From: Eutreptiella sp. 'Long Island Sound 2002' | Lineage: Eukaryota > Protista > Euglenida | Length of the DNA: 64,000 nt | Assembly (NCBI GenBank): GCA_964036045.1 | Contig: OZ038378.1 | Span: 25,606,001 to 25,670,000, forward strand | Direction: 5' to 3' | Shown: positions 24,727-38,208 of the stretch, piece by piece | Numbering within the stretch: the stretch's first letter is position 1 | Layout of the letters: each line of letters opens with the position of its first letter | Translations under genes and position numbers: made by a program | Notes under the pieces: model-generated | The model's input: only the letters and a program-made list of their open reading frames with translations | What the model was told of the DNA's origin: nothing | Database searches by the model: none

Positions 24727-25620
24727 CTGCGAGGCAGGGCGGACGGGGGCCACGCCAGTGTTGCGCCTCACCGATTCTCCTCTCGCCTCACCGTCCAGCC
24801 ACATCATGGGGGATGCGCACTCACTGCAGCCACCTTGTAGATCAGTTCACCAGCCACCCCATTTCCCCCATGCATCCAAGGGTCTCCAGAGCAGAGAGGA
24901 GTAACATGGCTACATGACCCCTTCCGCATCGGGGTCTCTGAAGTGGAGAGGATCAATGTGGCCAAAAGGTTCTGGGCTATGGTAGTTTCAAATGTTGTTG
25001 AAAAAGGCTTAACAATAGGGTGCACTGCCCAAAACGCTTGAAACGAATGGCTGCCTGGGGTACACCCCACTTTAATTTCCCCACAGCATCAGCGCAGCAT
25101 ATGCACTGCGTCCAGCGTTCCCTCTCTGATGTATTCCACTTCTGTGCTGTGTCCTTCTCATCATCTCTGTAACGCCACCCACTCCTCTGCCCTCACACCC
25201 TCTGCCTGCTCTTGCCTTGTGCTTCTGATCCCTTTTGGATGTCCGGACCAGACCTACGGCGACAACGGGGTGTGCGTGCTTGGGGTGGGAGCCTCGATCC
25301 ATCATCGGGATGACGTGGGGACCTGTGGTAACCCTGAATGAATCCATGGCGCTCCCTAACTGGAAAAAAAAACACACAAGGAAAAAGGGTGACCATACAC
25401 TCACTGATTTTCGGGTGGTCACTGAGGGCGGTTCGGCGGTGGCCGACGCCAGTTGGCAGGTAACCGACGGTGGTTGAGCAGCTGTTTAGCGCGCTTCCTA
25501 AGGGCGCTCCTTGGTAAAAAAAAAACAAAAAGACGGGGTGATAAGGAGCGCACTGAATGAATCACGATTCCCATGCGCTTTGCGCAGTGCACTTTGCAGC
25601 GACAACGCCATGCAACATAC
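24727..25620 (-). other. Conventional GT-AG intron (894 nt)
   Basis: Donor GAC|GTATGT at 25620 and acceptor GCAG|CTC at 24727. The join gives continuous ...VYDHITD-LCFITDALR... Confidence 0.85.
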
Positions 25621-26688
25621 GTCTGTAATATGGTCGTACACCTTCAACAATCTCTGCATCTTGTCGTGCTCGTTGCAGGCAACCAAATACTTCCGCATGT
25701 CCTCAAAGCAGCACCCGATCACAGTCTTGGAGCAGTGCACGAAGTCTTCAGGCAGCCCTGGAACATCGGCCCAGCAGCGGTGCTGCAGATACACATTCAT
25801 CATGCAGGAGCGCAGCCGCGCGAGGAGCTGCAGCGCGGCCTCTCGCCGTTGGTATGCTGCGTTCACCGCAAACGCGATGGGGAACACGGAGACAGTGATG
25901 ACGATGCCCGGGTGCAGCAGATACTTTGGATTCTGCAGCCGCCAGAACACGGTCGTCAGAACCCAGACCAAGACCACTTGCAGCAAGTCCAGAAGGCCCA
26001 GCAGACGGAAGTATGTTTGGGCTATGAAAAAAAGGTCGAACATGGCATATTTGACTCTGTACTTTGCTTTTTGCGTCACCGTCGCGCACGACGACCCAGG
26101 CTCAATGTCCGGACGGTAGTTGTCGTAGTCGATAACTGGAACGTGGGAGAAAAGCGACGAGCCCAGCAGCTTCCGTCCGGGCTCCGCGATGCCCGACGCA
26201 TCCGGGAGGAAGTTGATCTGCTGGCGCTCTGTGTTCGGCCGGCGACCGCTAAGCAGAACACTCAGACTAGGGGAAATGTCCTTTGACTCTGCGGCATCTG
26301 CCATGCCATTGGCCACATCATCGCATGCGTCTAAGTCTGATGCGCCAGTCTGTGCCAGCGGGTCTCCATGGGCCAGCGCAGGCGTGACACTTGCGAGTGC
26401 GACCTTCGGGGCGAATGGAGCAGCTGCTGCGGGCACATCCCCGGCCTGTCTCGCCTGCAGGTCTTTCATGAGCATCTTTCGGGGGCCCAATCGCGGCACC
26501 AGCTCACGCCAGTCGGGCTCCGTGAGCTCAAGAAGGACACGGCCGTCGACCAAATGGGCGGAAAGACTGGCCCGCAGCTCCTGCGTGCAGTGCGGCTCGG
26601 CGTGGCGCGGGAAGCTGGCCACCACCACGTCATGCGCCCAGCGCTTCACATCTTTGAAGGACCATGCAGAAATATGGAGAGACAACAT
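25621..26688 (-). CDS. SAM-domain plus bestrophin-like membrane protein, exon 1 (spliced product 504 aa)
   Basis: N-terminal SAM-like AWSFKDVKRW...VDGRVLLELTEPDWRELVPRLGPRKMLMKDL. TM segments followed by VFPIAFAVNAAYQRREAALQLLA, resembling the F-R-x-N-x-AY-x-R motif of YneE-type bestrophins. The ATG at 26688 is directly preceded by a pyrimidine-rich tract and CAG, so it may follow a cis or trans splice acceptor. Confidence 0.8.
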
Positions 26689-27268
26689 CTGATGTGCCAC
26701 GCACGGAGCGGGACGGTGGCAATCCCAGTGTGCAATGTGAGTCTGTGCCGCTCGTCAATCTAGCCCAGGCTAATACCCTGACATTACTGATGATTAGACG
26801 ACACAAACGCCATGCTGTGTAGCTGTGTCGGGAATTTCTGGGCCTTGTTGGTTCGTCGTTGATTCATTGAGGGTCAACACTAAGTTCTTGGGGTGCCCGA
26901 GGGCTGCTGCTTTCCCCCCCCATTCCATTCAGCGCCCATGGAAAAGTTTTCAAGCTTAATCTAGAATTGCCAGTGCCTGTTGATACTGGCGCGCCCACAT
27001 AGGGGAAGCGGCAGTGTGCCGGGCATCTTTTTGGGCCACTTTTGATACGGAGCCGTACTCCACGCTTTTTGCATGGTCCCTTTCCGGTTGGGGATATGGG
27101 GAATGCCTTTCCACAAGTTTTTTGTTCCATACCGGGGTCATTTTTAGCTTCATATGCATTTTGGATGTGGCATATTTGAATTGTCACCCATTTTTACCTG
27201 TTTCCAACCATTTTTACCCATTTTCCATCCCTCTTTTCTCCGAACCATGGGGACCCCGAGAAGGCAGG

Positions 27269-27552
27269 GGTGATGTCATTGTGCCATTCATTGGTAGAAA
27301 GAATGGAACTTTGACGGCCCGGCAACAGTGGCACAATGATGTGCATGGGTGGTATAGGGCACGCATTGAGCATTTGTCTCGACAGTTGTGGCATTGGGGT
27401 TTGGTTCCAAACATCTAGCGTGTCGGCCCTAATGAGTTGCACCAGTCCGTGCATGTTTTGTTGCATTTCACGCAATTTTGCATTCGGAGGCAGGTCCGTC
27501 GCCCTCCTTATGGGCCATGGGACCATGTCCCGCCTCATGTTTGGACTGATAA
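27269..27552 (+). pseudogene. PIF/Harbinger- or IS5-like DDE transposase C-terminal fragment
   Basis: GDVIVPFIGRKNGTLTARQQWHNDVHGWYRARIEHLSRQLWHWGLV resembles the P-F...LT..Q..(Y/H)N..H...R..IEH.F..L segment of DDE_Tnp_4 transposases. In-frame stop; upstream part replaced by another repeat. Confidence 0.55.
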
Positions 27553-30500
27553 AAGCAGCGGCTGAGGAAGGTGATGAGGAAGAGGATGAGGCAGATGTGT
27601 GTGCGTTGTGTTGTCCGAAGCACTCCACCATCACAGTTTGTGGTGAGTGCCAGGAGCATTATTGTGACGAATGTATTGATGCCCACACTTGTGGGGAACA
27701 AGTTATTTATTGGCCAATGCATGATGGATACACATTGTTGTTGAATTCAGCTATTTTGACTTATGCAGCGTGCCTTGTAGGGAAGGTTTGCGGTCCACTC
27801 TGGTTGACTTGGGGGGCTCCTCTGGGGGAGGGTAGATCCGGGGGATAGTTGATAGAAAAGTCGTGTACCGGGCGCGCGCCGGGCAAACACCCCCGTATAA
27901 GCCATCCAGTTCTTCAGGTATGAGGATCGCCTCTATAGCAAGATGATTTGTGAACATTTCCTGACCCCAGTACTGTCAGCATGAGAGAAGTGTCAACATG
28001 CACAGTATGTAATTTATCATCTCAAGCAGTTTGTGTGTACATGTCCATGTGTCTTGCTTTACAAGGGCTTTTGGGTTTTTGCTGTCATACTGTCAATGGC
28101 GCAGGACCAAATGCACTGTGCGATTCATTGATATCAGAAGAGATAGTGCGAGTTCCGAGAGTGCTTGTTCTGGTTTGCTTTGTGACATTTTGCTGCTGCA
28201 ACTTGCACCAATTTTATCTTTCGTTCCGCCGGTTTTTCGTGTGTTCTTGTGCCAACTCAAGGTTTGACAGAAATTCAGGAGCTCTGGTTTACATTTCAGG
28301 ACACAGGGCATGCAATAAGGTTCCCAGCAACGTTCCCAAGGAAAATGGGGAAATGGGAAAAATGTGGGGAAGTGGCGGATAATGGGGAAACTTGTGGGAG
28401 ATAGGGGGAAATTGGGGGGGAATGGGGGAAATTGTGGAGACTAGGGGAAAATTGGAGAGCCAGTCAGTGGATACCCAACCCCTCTGTGAGTCTCGGACAA
28501 CCTTCAACGGAATGTAACGCACCCTTTTTTTGTATGGGTGCACATGGTCCATGGGAGAAAAGAGGCAACACTGTGAAAGGGGACCCATGGACTGCCCTTC
28601 ACCCCCCCCCCCCCCGCCCCATGTATCCCCAACTTCTGCACTATTCTTCCCCACTTTTCCCCATTTGCCCCTCTTTCCCCCATTTTCCTGCACTTTTCCT
28701 CCAGCCATCGCCCGATGCACCCAGCCCCGTCCCATCAGCACTGAAAATCACCATCCTCCACATTTTGGGGGGTGGTTTAAAAACCATTTTTCAACTCAGT
28801 TTTCCAAAAACGACACGTCTTGACCCATCCCCCCCTTCCCCAATTTCCATATTTTCCCCGTTTTGGAATAGTGTTCTGGCAAGGTTCCGGTTGTGGGAAT
28901 TTCTGGTACTTGCAACAATACCCCAAAAAAAGGAGAAAAAATCTCATTGAGCCGTTTCCCGATTTTCTTGGAGCTTGAAGGGGGGAGACAATACCATTGC
29001 AAAAAAATATTCTAATTCAGGCCTGCAGAAACAACCTTGGGATGTGTGGTTGCCTCCTCTAGACCTGCAAGCGCTTGTACACCAATATCTCCCAATGTTG
29101 TTATCCATGAGATCCAAACTCAGTAGAGATACAACCTCAGGGTGTGCAGCGCAGGGGCTTCCTTCAGTCCTGTGCACCAATGTCTCCAACGTTGTTGTCA
29201 ATGTCTCCGACGTTGTTGCCGGAGAGATACAAACTCAAGGTGCGCAGTGCAGCTACCTCCTTGTGCCCTGCAAGGGCTGCACCAATGTCTCCAACACTAC
29301 TGCCCATGAGATACAAAATCAGGGTGTGCAGTGCAGGGGCCTCCTTCAGCCTGCAAGGGCTTGTGCACCAATATCTCCGAGTGTGCTGCCCCTAATTTTT
29401 AGGTCCACAGTGCACAAAGCGTTCATGGATAAATTGTACATAACTCGGTGAAGGTCTTGCCCATGTGGAATGAAGTAACGTAAATGTCGGTGCTGCAGCC
29501 CATTCCACATTCAGCTACACACACGGTTGCATGCTGCCGTCCCCGAGAAAACAGAAATGCAGAGTAATAATTCCAGAGGCAACTCGTGCAACTTCATCTT
29601 TGCACAGAAATAATGGTCTACAAATACAAAGCCCATGGAAAGCGTGCACGACTACATGCCCTTCGTTCGCAGGAGGGGTGGGGGGCAGGGGGCAGAGAGG
29701 CCATTGAGGAAAGGTGCCCCCTATTGCACATCGACCAATGCAATCTCACTGTTTGAACAGTGGGTGGTTGTTAGACAGTGTTTGAAGGCAAAAAAGCGCC
29801 ATTTGACCAAAGGGTGGTCGTTGGACAATGCCAGGGACACTTCTGCAAATAGTCCTTCCTTCTTTTTGCGATGGAGGTTTGCATCCATATTCCTTTCCTG
29901 ATGGTAAAGTCCCTGACAAAGCAATACGAATGAAAAATTTTTCAGCAACTTGGCCTAAAATGTATATGGAAATGTGCAAGAGGCAGTCTATTTTCAACAA
30001 GCTGCACAACAACCAACGTACATCCAGGACTTGGATTTACCTGATGGACTTTGATTTCCCTTGATGCACCATGGTAGACTCATGGACCTCAAAAGACATT
30101 CCTGGACCTTTGACGTACTGCGTCCAACAATTCTCACTTGGCTTAAAAAATGTGCATTCAACACAAAATGACAGAACTGGAAAACTCAGGTGTTTGGGCA
30201 TGATATGTGTTGTTGGCGCTGCTGCTTTTTGCAGTCAAACACAACACCCCATGCACAGCATGGATACTGAAAATGCAGCACAAATTGCTATAGAGTGCAC
30301 CTTGTACTTGTCAACCCAACCCGCTAATTGCTGGATTCACTGGGGCTGTGTTCCATGGCAATGGAGTCCTTTGCCCAGGCAGCATTATGCTACCAGTGGA
30401 GGCTTTAATTTAAGAGGTTTTTTTTTTCGGATGACCAAAATTAAAGGGGCAAAAAATTGGTATTGCTCCTTAGAAATGAAGGGAAAATTTGGTGTGAGGA

Positions 30501-30662
30501 CCCTTGCTGCTGCTTCCGAGTGGATGTTCATTGTGGATTCCGGGTGGGCTCTGGATGGTTGCTGTTGGGGGGACCCGTAGCATCCATGTCCTGGGGGTGC
30601 ATGCACATGCAAAGATGCAGACAGGCAGACATAAAAAAGACCAAAAAAGCGAAGCTAAAAAA

Positions 30663-30738
30663 ATTGCAGGCACCAGGGTTTGAACCCTGGACCCTTGGGA
30701 TTAGAAGCCAGTACAACTACCAACTAAGCTATATCAGG
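30663..30738 (-). pseudogene. tRNA-derived sequence (tRNA pseudogene or SINE head; Lys/Arg-like, loop CTTCTAA)
   Basis: Minus strand has an A-box-like TAGCTTAGTTGGTAG, loop CTTCTAA and an intact T-arm CCAGGG-TTCAAA-CCCTGG. Acceptor and anticodon stems do not pair. Confidence 0.55.
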
Positions 30739-33700
30739 ATCTGCAAGAATTTGAACATCAGAGAGTGGATGGCATAGTAAAAAAAAAAGGGTGGGTGTCC
30801 TTATGGCACCCCCTGACACAATATGGCACAAAGAATCCTTAAAATTGAAGGAAATATTTGGTACGAGGCAGGGCGCCGAAATTTGTACATATCAACTTTT
30901 TCCGGGCCCAATTAAAGCCCCTGGTGGTACGACGTGTGCTACCACATCAATGCCAGCTGCTGCATGTTGCACTTTCGTATCAAGACATATCTCTTGGTGA
31001 CCCAGTAAACGCACCAACCCAGAGCATTTTTCAGAGTTGAAAACATTGTTGCCTCGTTGGTGCCCACCAAGTGTCTTGCAGGGGGGATATATCCAGAAAG
31101 CCAGAACTTGCTGAACTGACAACATGGAGAATTTTGTCCTTCTTTGGACGGTACATCATTTGCCTGTTCCCTGTGTTGTCAAAAGTCACTTGCCATGCCC
31201 ACATATAAACCGCTCGACGTGCTATGGCTGCCCCTGATGCACCAGAAGTTTGATTTAAAAGAAAAAGAAAAGAAAAACTTCTGAAAGTCTGGAATGGGCT
31301 AGAGTGACTGGGAACAGGCCTAACCAGACAAAGAAGGCTTGCAACCTCCGCTCCCAGCAGGCTTCCTGCAAGCAGCCTCAACACCAAATCTTGTCCACTG
31401 CTGAGGTCACCACTTTTGTATCCAATGTTTTGGATTGCAAAGAGTACCCCAGCAAGGCCTCACAACATGATTTTGTGGCGAGCTGCATGGATGTGAACCT
31501 GGGGAAACTGTGAAGCATGCCCAGTTTGTATGGGAACTGTGTATCCTTGCTGAAAAAGAATTTGACGTTTCTGAATAGACAGGACTGAACTGTGCAGCGC
31601 ACATTGTGTGTGGCTCGCTCACCTTGCTTTGTGACCTCCTGCATCTGTGTACCCCCACCATGTGCTGGCAATGGCTCATTTCACGGCCCTTTTCAATGCA
31701 GATTTCAAAAAGTATTCGCATACCCCGCCCCTTAGGGAAAGATTGTATGAATATTGGAAAGAATTGTGCTAAAAAATCCAAACCGTGCCATTTTGCTCCA
31801 CATTGGCATCTTCTGAAACATGCCAAGAGATCTGCCGTGCGTGGTAAGCAGTACTGCGAAAGCAACAGGCTGATTTCTGGTGCAATCACCTTGAGTAGGG
31901 CGAAATATGTAATCAGTGTCATTTTCAGTGTGGAACGGAAGTTATTATCCCAACCCCATTGACGTGTGTTCATTTGTTGATGTCTAAAGGTATTGCTCTT
32001 TCGACTGATGACACAGTAGCAAGGCACCATGCACAGTGTAATGGTTCTTGTTTGCTGAAAGCAATGTATGCAACGGGTGTGCAGAAATGCCGCTGGCACT
32101 ACCTGAGCCCAACGGGAACAGGGGATCTACAAATTCCATTGCCAGTGCAGCAGAAGAAGCCGCACAGCAAACTATGCAGCCCTGTAACTTTCAGTCAGTC
32201 GGCACACATCTGATGTAAGAATTGACAGCAGCAGAAACACGACACCACAGGGTCTAGACACATGAAATTAATCAAAAATACGCGGCAGTCAGCAGTGCCG
32301 CTGGGACCTCTTGGTCGCCGTATCACACCTGCAGACAAACCAGTGTTGGGGCAGTGCCCACCTACCAGATGAACCCGTCTCCAGATGCTACGAAGGATAG
32401 GTTTGATGCAGAAGAAGTGTCGGACGCAGATCATGATCCTTCACTAGTACGTTTGAGAGTCCACAGGCTCCAACTCGGTCACTCTTCTGGCATATGGTCA
32501 ACGGGCCCCATCCAAAGGTGCTGCCTCTGTTAATGGGTTGGTGACCAACGGAATGAGCGAACAGAAGAGTGAATGGGTCAGTAAATGAAATCTGGAGAGG
32601 AGAGGGAAAGCAGCGATTTAGACCGGAAGTAAGAGGAATGAGTGAGGGGCGATGAAGGCATTGATGGTGGTGGTAAGGAATGCCATTCACAATGGGCGTC
32701 CAAATGGCAAAGCGCACGAGCGGAACGGTGTGTCACGCAAAGCACATTGGCGCTGCATCAATCGGAGATCTGACAGACTTGCGGCTTGTTCAACTGGTCC
32801 CACCATTGCACAATATCAGAGATGCAAATCAGCACCGCCGGTCCTGTCTGCCCTAGGTTGATGGAGAGTTAGAAAAGCCCATGTCCCACAATTTGGCGTC
32901 AGAGTTCAGTGAAAAAAAACGGGTGTAGAGCAGCTTCCAATACATTGAAGTTACCGATACGGATACGAAACTGCAAATGCATATGCAAAGTGGGCATCCC
33001 TCTGCCTTTTGTCCCGGTCCCACTCAACTAGTTCGCTGCCTTTTGCCACGAAGGTCCGACATGTCCGTGTTGGGGCGACTTGGCCTTCCTCAGAACCAAC
33101 CCCCACACACCAGTGGAACAATGGACGGGCACCCGCAAGCGCCCAAACCCTGCCAAAATCACCTTTGTTTTGTGATTCAAGGGGATCAGCGACTGATTTT
33201 CTAACATTCATTCTGACATTTACTGAGTCACTGAAATCCTGGACATATCCTTTGCTCTTGACAAAACTCGTATTCACCAAATCAAATTGCTTGCACACCA
33301 CACGCCACGTCGCTTGGTTCCTGAGTTGCTTGGTGTCCGGCTTTGCAGCGCGCATCCGAGGTCAGCCAGGTACTTCTCCCCAATTGCCCCCCGGACTGGG
33401 CTGATCGTGGTGTCACAGTGCAAGCGCAAAATCATGCCCCAACATAGTGCTTCAACATGCACAGTGCTCAAATACCAAGCATCTACACGCACACGGACGC
33501 ACGTACGCCGGCATACACACAACATATGGCATCATAGAAAGCAGGGGACAGGACGCCGTGCCGTTGAACGTCATTGCGCACCAATCACTGGCCCGTCACA
33601 CGCGTTAGGGTTCAGCAAGGAACCTCCTGTTCCCAAGGCAGGAAGACTTCTGTGCAACCACCTGTGCCTGTGCATGATAGGTATACAATTTGCCACGAGC

Positions 33701-33769
33701 AATCCCTGGTGCAATTCTGTGGGAAGTGCCACTGTCATCAAATGAAACAGCGTGCGGGCGCACATACAC

Positions 33770-33803
<34 letters not shown>

Positions 33804-34237
33804 CGTGAGGGAAACAATGAACCAACGACCAAGACCCAGTGTGGATGATACGATGCACAGCAAGGCAGTGGTCACGGGGCACAAGTCTCCAGACACCTCA
33901 TCAGGCCATACAGAACAAAATCATTGTATGAGGCTAGGCGCCTTTCTGCAGGTAGTGCAGTGGCAATGTGGGCGACATCACTACTCAAGCCTGGACCTAC
34001 AGCTACAGCTACAGCTACACCGCACTGAATCGCTGTTATCGCACCGAACTGCCGTTGTGCACAACCAATGTTGGGGCGTAGGAGAAGGGTCATGGTTTCA
34101 ATCACACGTCCCACACCCCCGTTCTCATGGTTGCAGCCTGGGGGAGGGAGATCTATTTGTGAGGATGCAACGCTGCTCTCATGCTGTGACGTACCACGGG
34201 GGAGGGGGCATTGAGCCACGTGTAACCGCCTGCTCAC

Positions 34238-34272
<35 letters not shown>

Positions 34273-35933
34273 CAACAGGGGGCAGGAGAACGAGACGGGA
34301 CCAGAATGCAAGCCGCATGACCACCCCATGATGCCTCATGTGGGAGCTTTGGCAGAATAGCCCGTGTTGCCGCGGTGGGTACCCAGGCCTAGGCATCATG
34401 GCACCGCCGGTCTCCTCATGGTCTCCTTCATGCGTGGGTCAAAGGTACATATACCGAAGCCCACACATAGTTGACATGGTGAGGGGGTACAGCCAACGGA
34501 TGGCTCCAGTTCCGGCCTGTAGCAGTCCCGGGGCGGCTTCTTTGCGGTTTGTGGGGTGTTCTAGCCCCACGGCCCTCGAAGGAAGCACCCACGCTCCCTG
34601 CTGGAAGGCCACACCTACAAACCGTCGCCCATGCCTCCGCACTGGGTCCTTTAAGCCTCAGTCTCAGGCTGGGGTTTGGAAAGGTTGGCCAGTGCCGCAA
34701 AATGGGAAGACTCGGGGGTCATTGGCGCTTGGACGGGGCGGCCATCCCTATCCTCCTCATGGCGGGAACTCAGGGCTCACTAGGCCCCCAGCTCAGAGAG
34801 GGGGCCACCCCTTTCCATGACACCACCTGCTGGGCCTCCGGACCCAGCACACCCTTCCTCTGTGTCCCTCCTCTGCGCCACACACTTCAGGGCCTTCACC
34901 CGTGGGCAGGCCTTGTGGGCCCGATGCCAAGGACCAGGGTTGAAGGGGGGCACCACCTAAAGCGCCAGGGGCAAGGGACGCCAGATGACCGGGTGACTGG
35001 AGTGACACGCAACGTAGTAGCACGGCCAACCGAAATGGAATGACATGGCCGAGCCGTACCCCCGGTTGCGTGTTGGCAAGGGAGCGTACCACCACCCCTC
35101 CCAAGTTACACCACTACACTGCGGTGAGGCACGCGCCCCTGGGCGGCAGTAGGAGCACACACATACACTTTTGTTACGACCAAAACAGAAGCGCAAAGAC
35201 AAAAACCCGTAGTGTACTCCAGAACAGATGCTCTAGATCACAAGGCGCAGCCAGCAGCCAGCAGTACACAAACATAACGGGGTAAAGCTCAGCCCTAACA
35301 AACACGTACGCGCAGCCAGCGGTAAGTGAACTCTCACAGCTCACAATCAGCGATTGGTGCTCTGGGCCCACTGCAACTTGGCTTCACCCAAAATCATCCC
35401 TCTCCGTCAGCGAGCACCCTGGTGTGATGTCTCACTGACATCGCCATACACATACACATACACATACTGTGCACCCAAGTATATTTTCAGCACACCACAC
35501 ACACTCGGATGAGACCCGATTGCTACTCACGTGAGCAAATGCAATGCACACACAACACACAACACAAGACATAGATTCGCAAAATGCATGTTTGCAATTC
35601 TACACGCGTTCAGGTCTAGTTGCATGCAAAACTTGACACAAGGAAATGACACTTTACACACTCTACGAGATGGCAATCCCGAAGCTTGGAAAATACAGAT
35701 GGTGAAAAGCGAGGCAAGAAATGGACGAAGACAACCGGGACCAGAGGGACGGCCATACGGACAGACAGATAGGCTGATGGACGGACAGACCGACGGACGT
35801 TGAGGGAGGAAACATCAGGAAGAAACCGAGGGACAAGCAGTAGGGTCAAGCAGAAGAGCTACCAACAACCGCGTTGTCGGCAGCCCGTATTTCAACACGA
35901 GCACAACCATCTGGCCACATCACGACTCCTCAC

Positions 35934-36225
35934 AGTCGATGGCGGTTGCCACACCCCCGCACAGCGAGAGGCACGCACAGAGCCCCCCCCCTACCGCCAA
36001 TGACAGCTGCACGCACTGGGTCACCCCCATGCCTATCATTCCCAGGGCCAGCCCAAAACCCACGCCGATGCCCATGCCGATGCTCAGGCCCAACAACAGC
36101 CCAATCCCAAGCCCCTTGCCAATGCGGCAGCACGCACTGCGCGCCCCACCGGAGCCCGCAGGTGCCGTAGCGGGTGGTTCCTCGTGCGTTTGGGAGGAGT
36201 CAGACGGCGCTCCTGCGAAGGAATC
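35934..36225 (-). CDS. Candidate internal exon of an unidentified gene encoding a Gly-rich hydrophobic segment
   Basis: Flanked by TTGTTGTGTTGCAG| and |GTGAGG. Encodes DSFAGAP...KGLGIGLLLGLSIGMGIGVGFGLALGMIG...ATAID. A phase-compatible 61-nt AG/GT-bounded segment lies at 35310-35370. No homology recognised. Confidence 0.3.
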
Positions 36226-36834
36226 CTGCAACACAACAAAAGCACGTCGAAATAATACAGATGGGTCGAGGAGGGGGCGGTATTAGAGGGTTGTAGGGGG
36301 GCGCAGGGCACGGAGGGGGGGGGGGGCAAAAATCAGAGCCCCATTTTAGGTACATAATTTTTTTAGACCCCGGACCTCCACCCCTACGCTGCCCTCAGTA
36401 AACGCCTGGGACGGTGGCTGCAACCGGGTGCACCAACACGGATTAGCGGACCAGCAGAAAACGAAAGTGAACTGCAGTGCATTGCTCCCAAACAAAGCAT
36501 CGAGAACGAAGAAGAAGAAACGCACAGAAACAGGCGAATCAACAAGCTAATGGAGAAGTGCCCATGATATCGTCTGGGGAAGCCCTCTGCATGCTCCACT
36601 CTGTACAAATGAAAATGGAGGCGGCGTATGCTCCGCAACATGTCGGCAATCAGCGGCAGAAAGCGCATGCAGGTTGCACGCATTTGCGCAGCATTTGCGG
36701 GCCGCCGGGGGCCCACAACGCCGACAAAGGAGGGGCTAAGGCCGGCATGTAGACCCACGGGGAACTGAATGCCATCCGCTCATCACACATGATGGGCAGG
36801 CCGTTGCTTAATGACCGGTTGGACAGCCCTGCCT

Positions 36835-36890
36835 CCCACCCACCCCACCCCACCCCACCCCATCCCACCCCACCCCACCCCACCCCACCA
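36835..36890. repeat. (CCCCA)n microsatellite
   Basis: Directly visible. Confidence 0.9.
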
Positions 36891-37800
36891 CACCCACTGG
36901 CACGTGCTGATGCTGGGTTCTGCTCAGGTGCAATGGCTTTCAGCCAAAAGGTGTGGCCCTTTGAACTCATGCTCTCACTTGGCATTCGGTTCATTGCTGA
37001 TCCGTGCCCCACATTAGCAAAACAAATGCCAGAGAACAAGGGCGAAACATCACAAGAAGGACCTGGAGGCAAGAGGACAGGCCTGAGAATACCAAACGGA
37101 TGGCATCCTCTCAATGAACCGCAGCCAAATGCTTCTGTGGTAACCATCAATCTGTCACCACCCAAGACGCCAAAAGAGCGGACCCCGCCTGCTCGTGGGG
37201 GAAGGGGCACAGCTGGCAGAATATGGCCGCAAAACTAGCCCAACCCACCCACCACCTCTTGCAACCCCCTCTCCCGCCCCAGGGAGGGGCTTGCTTGTCG
37301 TTCAGCAATGGCCTGGTGATGGGCCTGCAATGTGTCCCAAATGAAATGGATCATGGTACGGCTGAAACGACACATCAAGAAGTGGGCCCACAAATGTTGT
37401 CATTCAGATCGGGTGCACAAAGTAATGGTTGTAGCGAGTATTGAGCTTGGTGTTGAGATCAAATATATGGAGCAAAAGCGAATCCGTTTTCAGATACCAA
37501 CCCACTGCTGAAATCTTCCCCTGTCCCTATTCCATGTCTTTGACCCTAATCTTGCCCTGGGCATCCCTGTCATACGCTTCGGGTCGCAGGCGTACTTCTT
37601 TCGGGGACAAGGGATTGCACGGATTGCGGACTGACGGCTTGACTGAGCAGTTGCCTCAGAGACGCTACAAACTCTTCCCTGACAGGATTGTGCAGGATCG
37701 ACGCAGGGTCTCTCAGCTGAAATCGCCAAAACCCGTTCTCCATCTAATGCTACTCCTCAAAATAGCCCTCACGCTGTCCCCATCACAACACCCAGCGGTC

Positions 37801-37900
37801 CACAGCACAGCAAAGCACAGCACAGCACAGCACAGCACAGCACAGCACAGACCACACCACACCACACCACACCACACCACACCACACCACACCACACCAC
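37801..37900. repeat. Compound (CACAG)n-(CACAC)n microsatellite, left half of a tract split by the element at 37901-39691
   Basis: Directly visible. Confidence 0.95.
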
Positions 37901-37969
37901 CACGGGGGGGCCGTCTCCTCGCTTTTGTACGCGACTCCCCCCCCCCAGTAGGAGTGGGCCGAAGGCCCC

Positions 37970-38007
<38 letters not shown>

Positions 38008-38208
38008 TTGGAGGGGGGGTTCAGGGAGGGGCGATGGGGGGGGGGGTTCAGGGAGGGGCGATGGGGGGGGGGGGTTCAGGGAGGGGCGATGGGGGGGGGG
38101 TCGGGAGGGTCCGTTGGGGGGGGCGGTCCAGGTGGGGCAATTTGGGGTAGTGGGGGGGGGGGGCATAGGCTCCCGTTACCTCCCCTTGCCCTCCCTCAAG
38201 GGTGAGAG

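Noticed and set aside
25072-25422. Extra exon inside the bestrophin-gene intron
   Set aside because: The two called exons already join seamlessly in a helical region, and this ORF has no family similarity.
29635-33400. Several 100-230 aa ORFs
   Set aside because: No recognisable motifs or consistent splice pattern; probably decayed elements, though unrecognised exons cannot be excluded.
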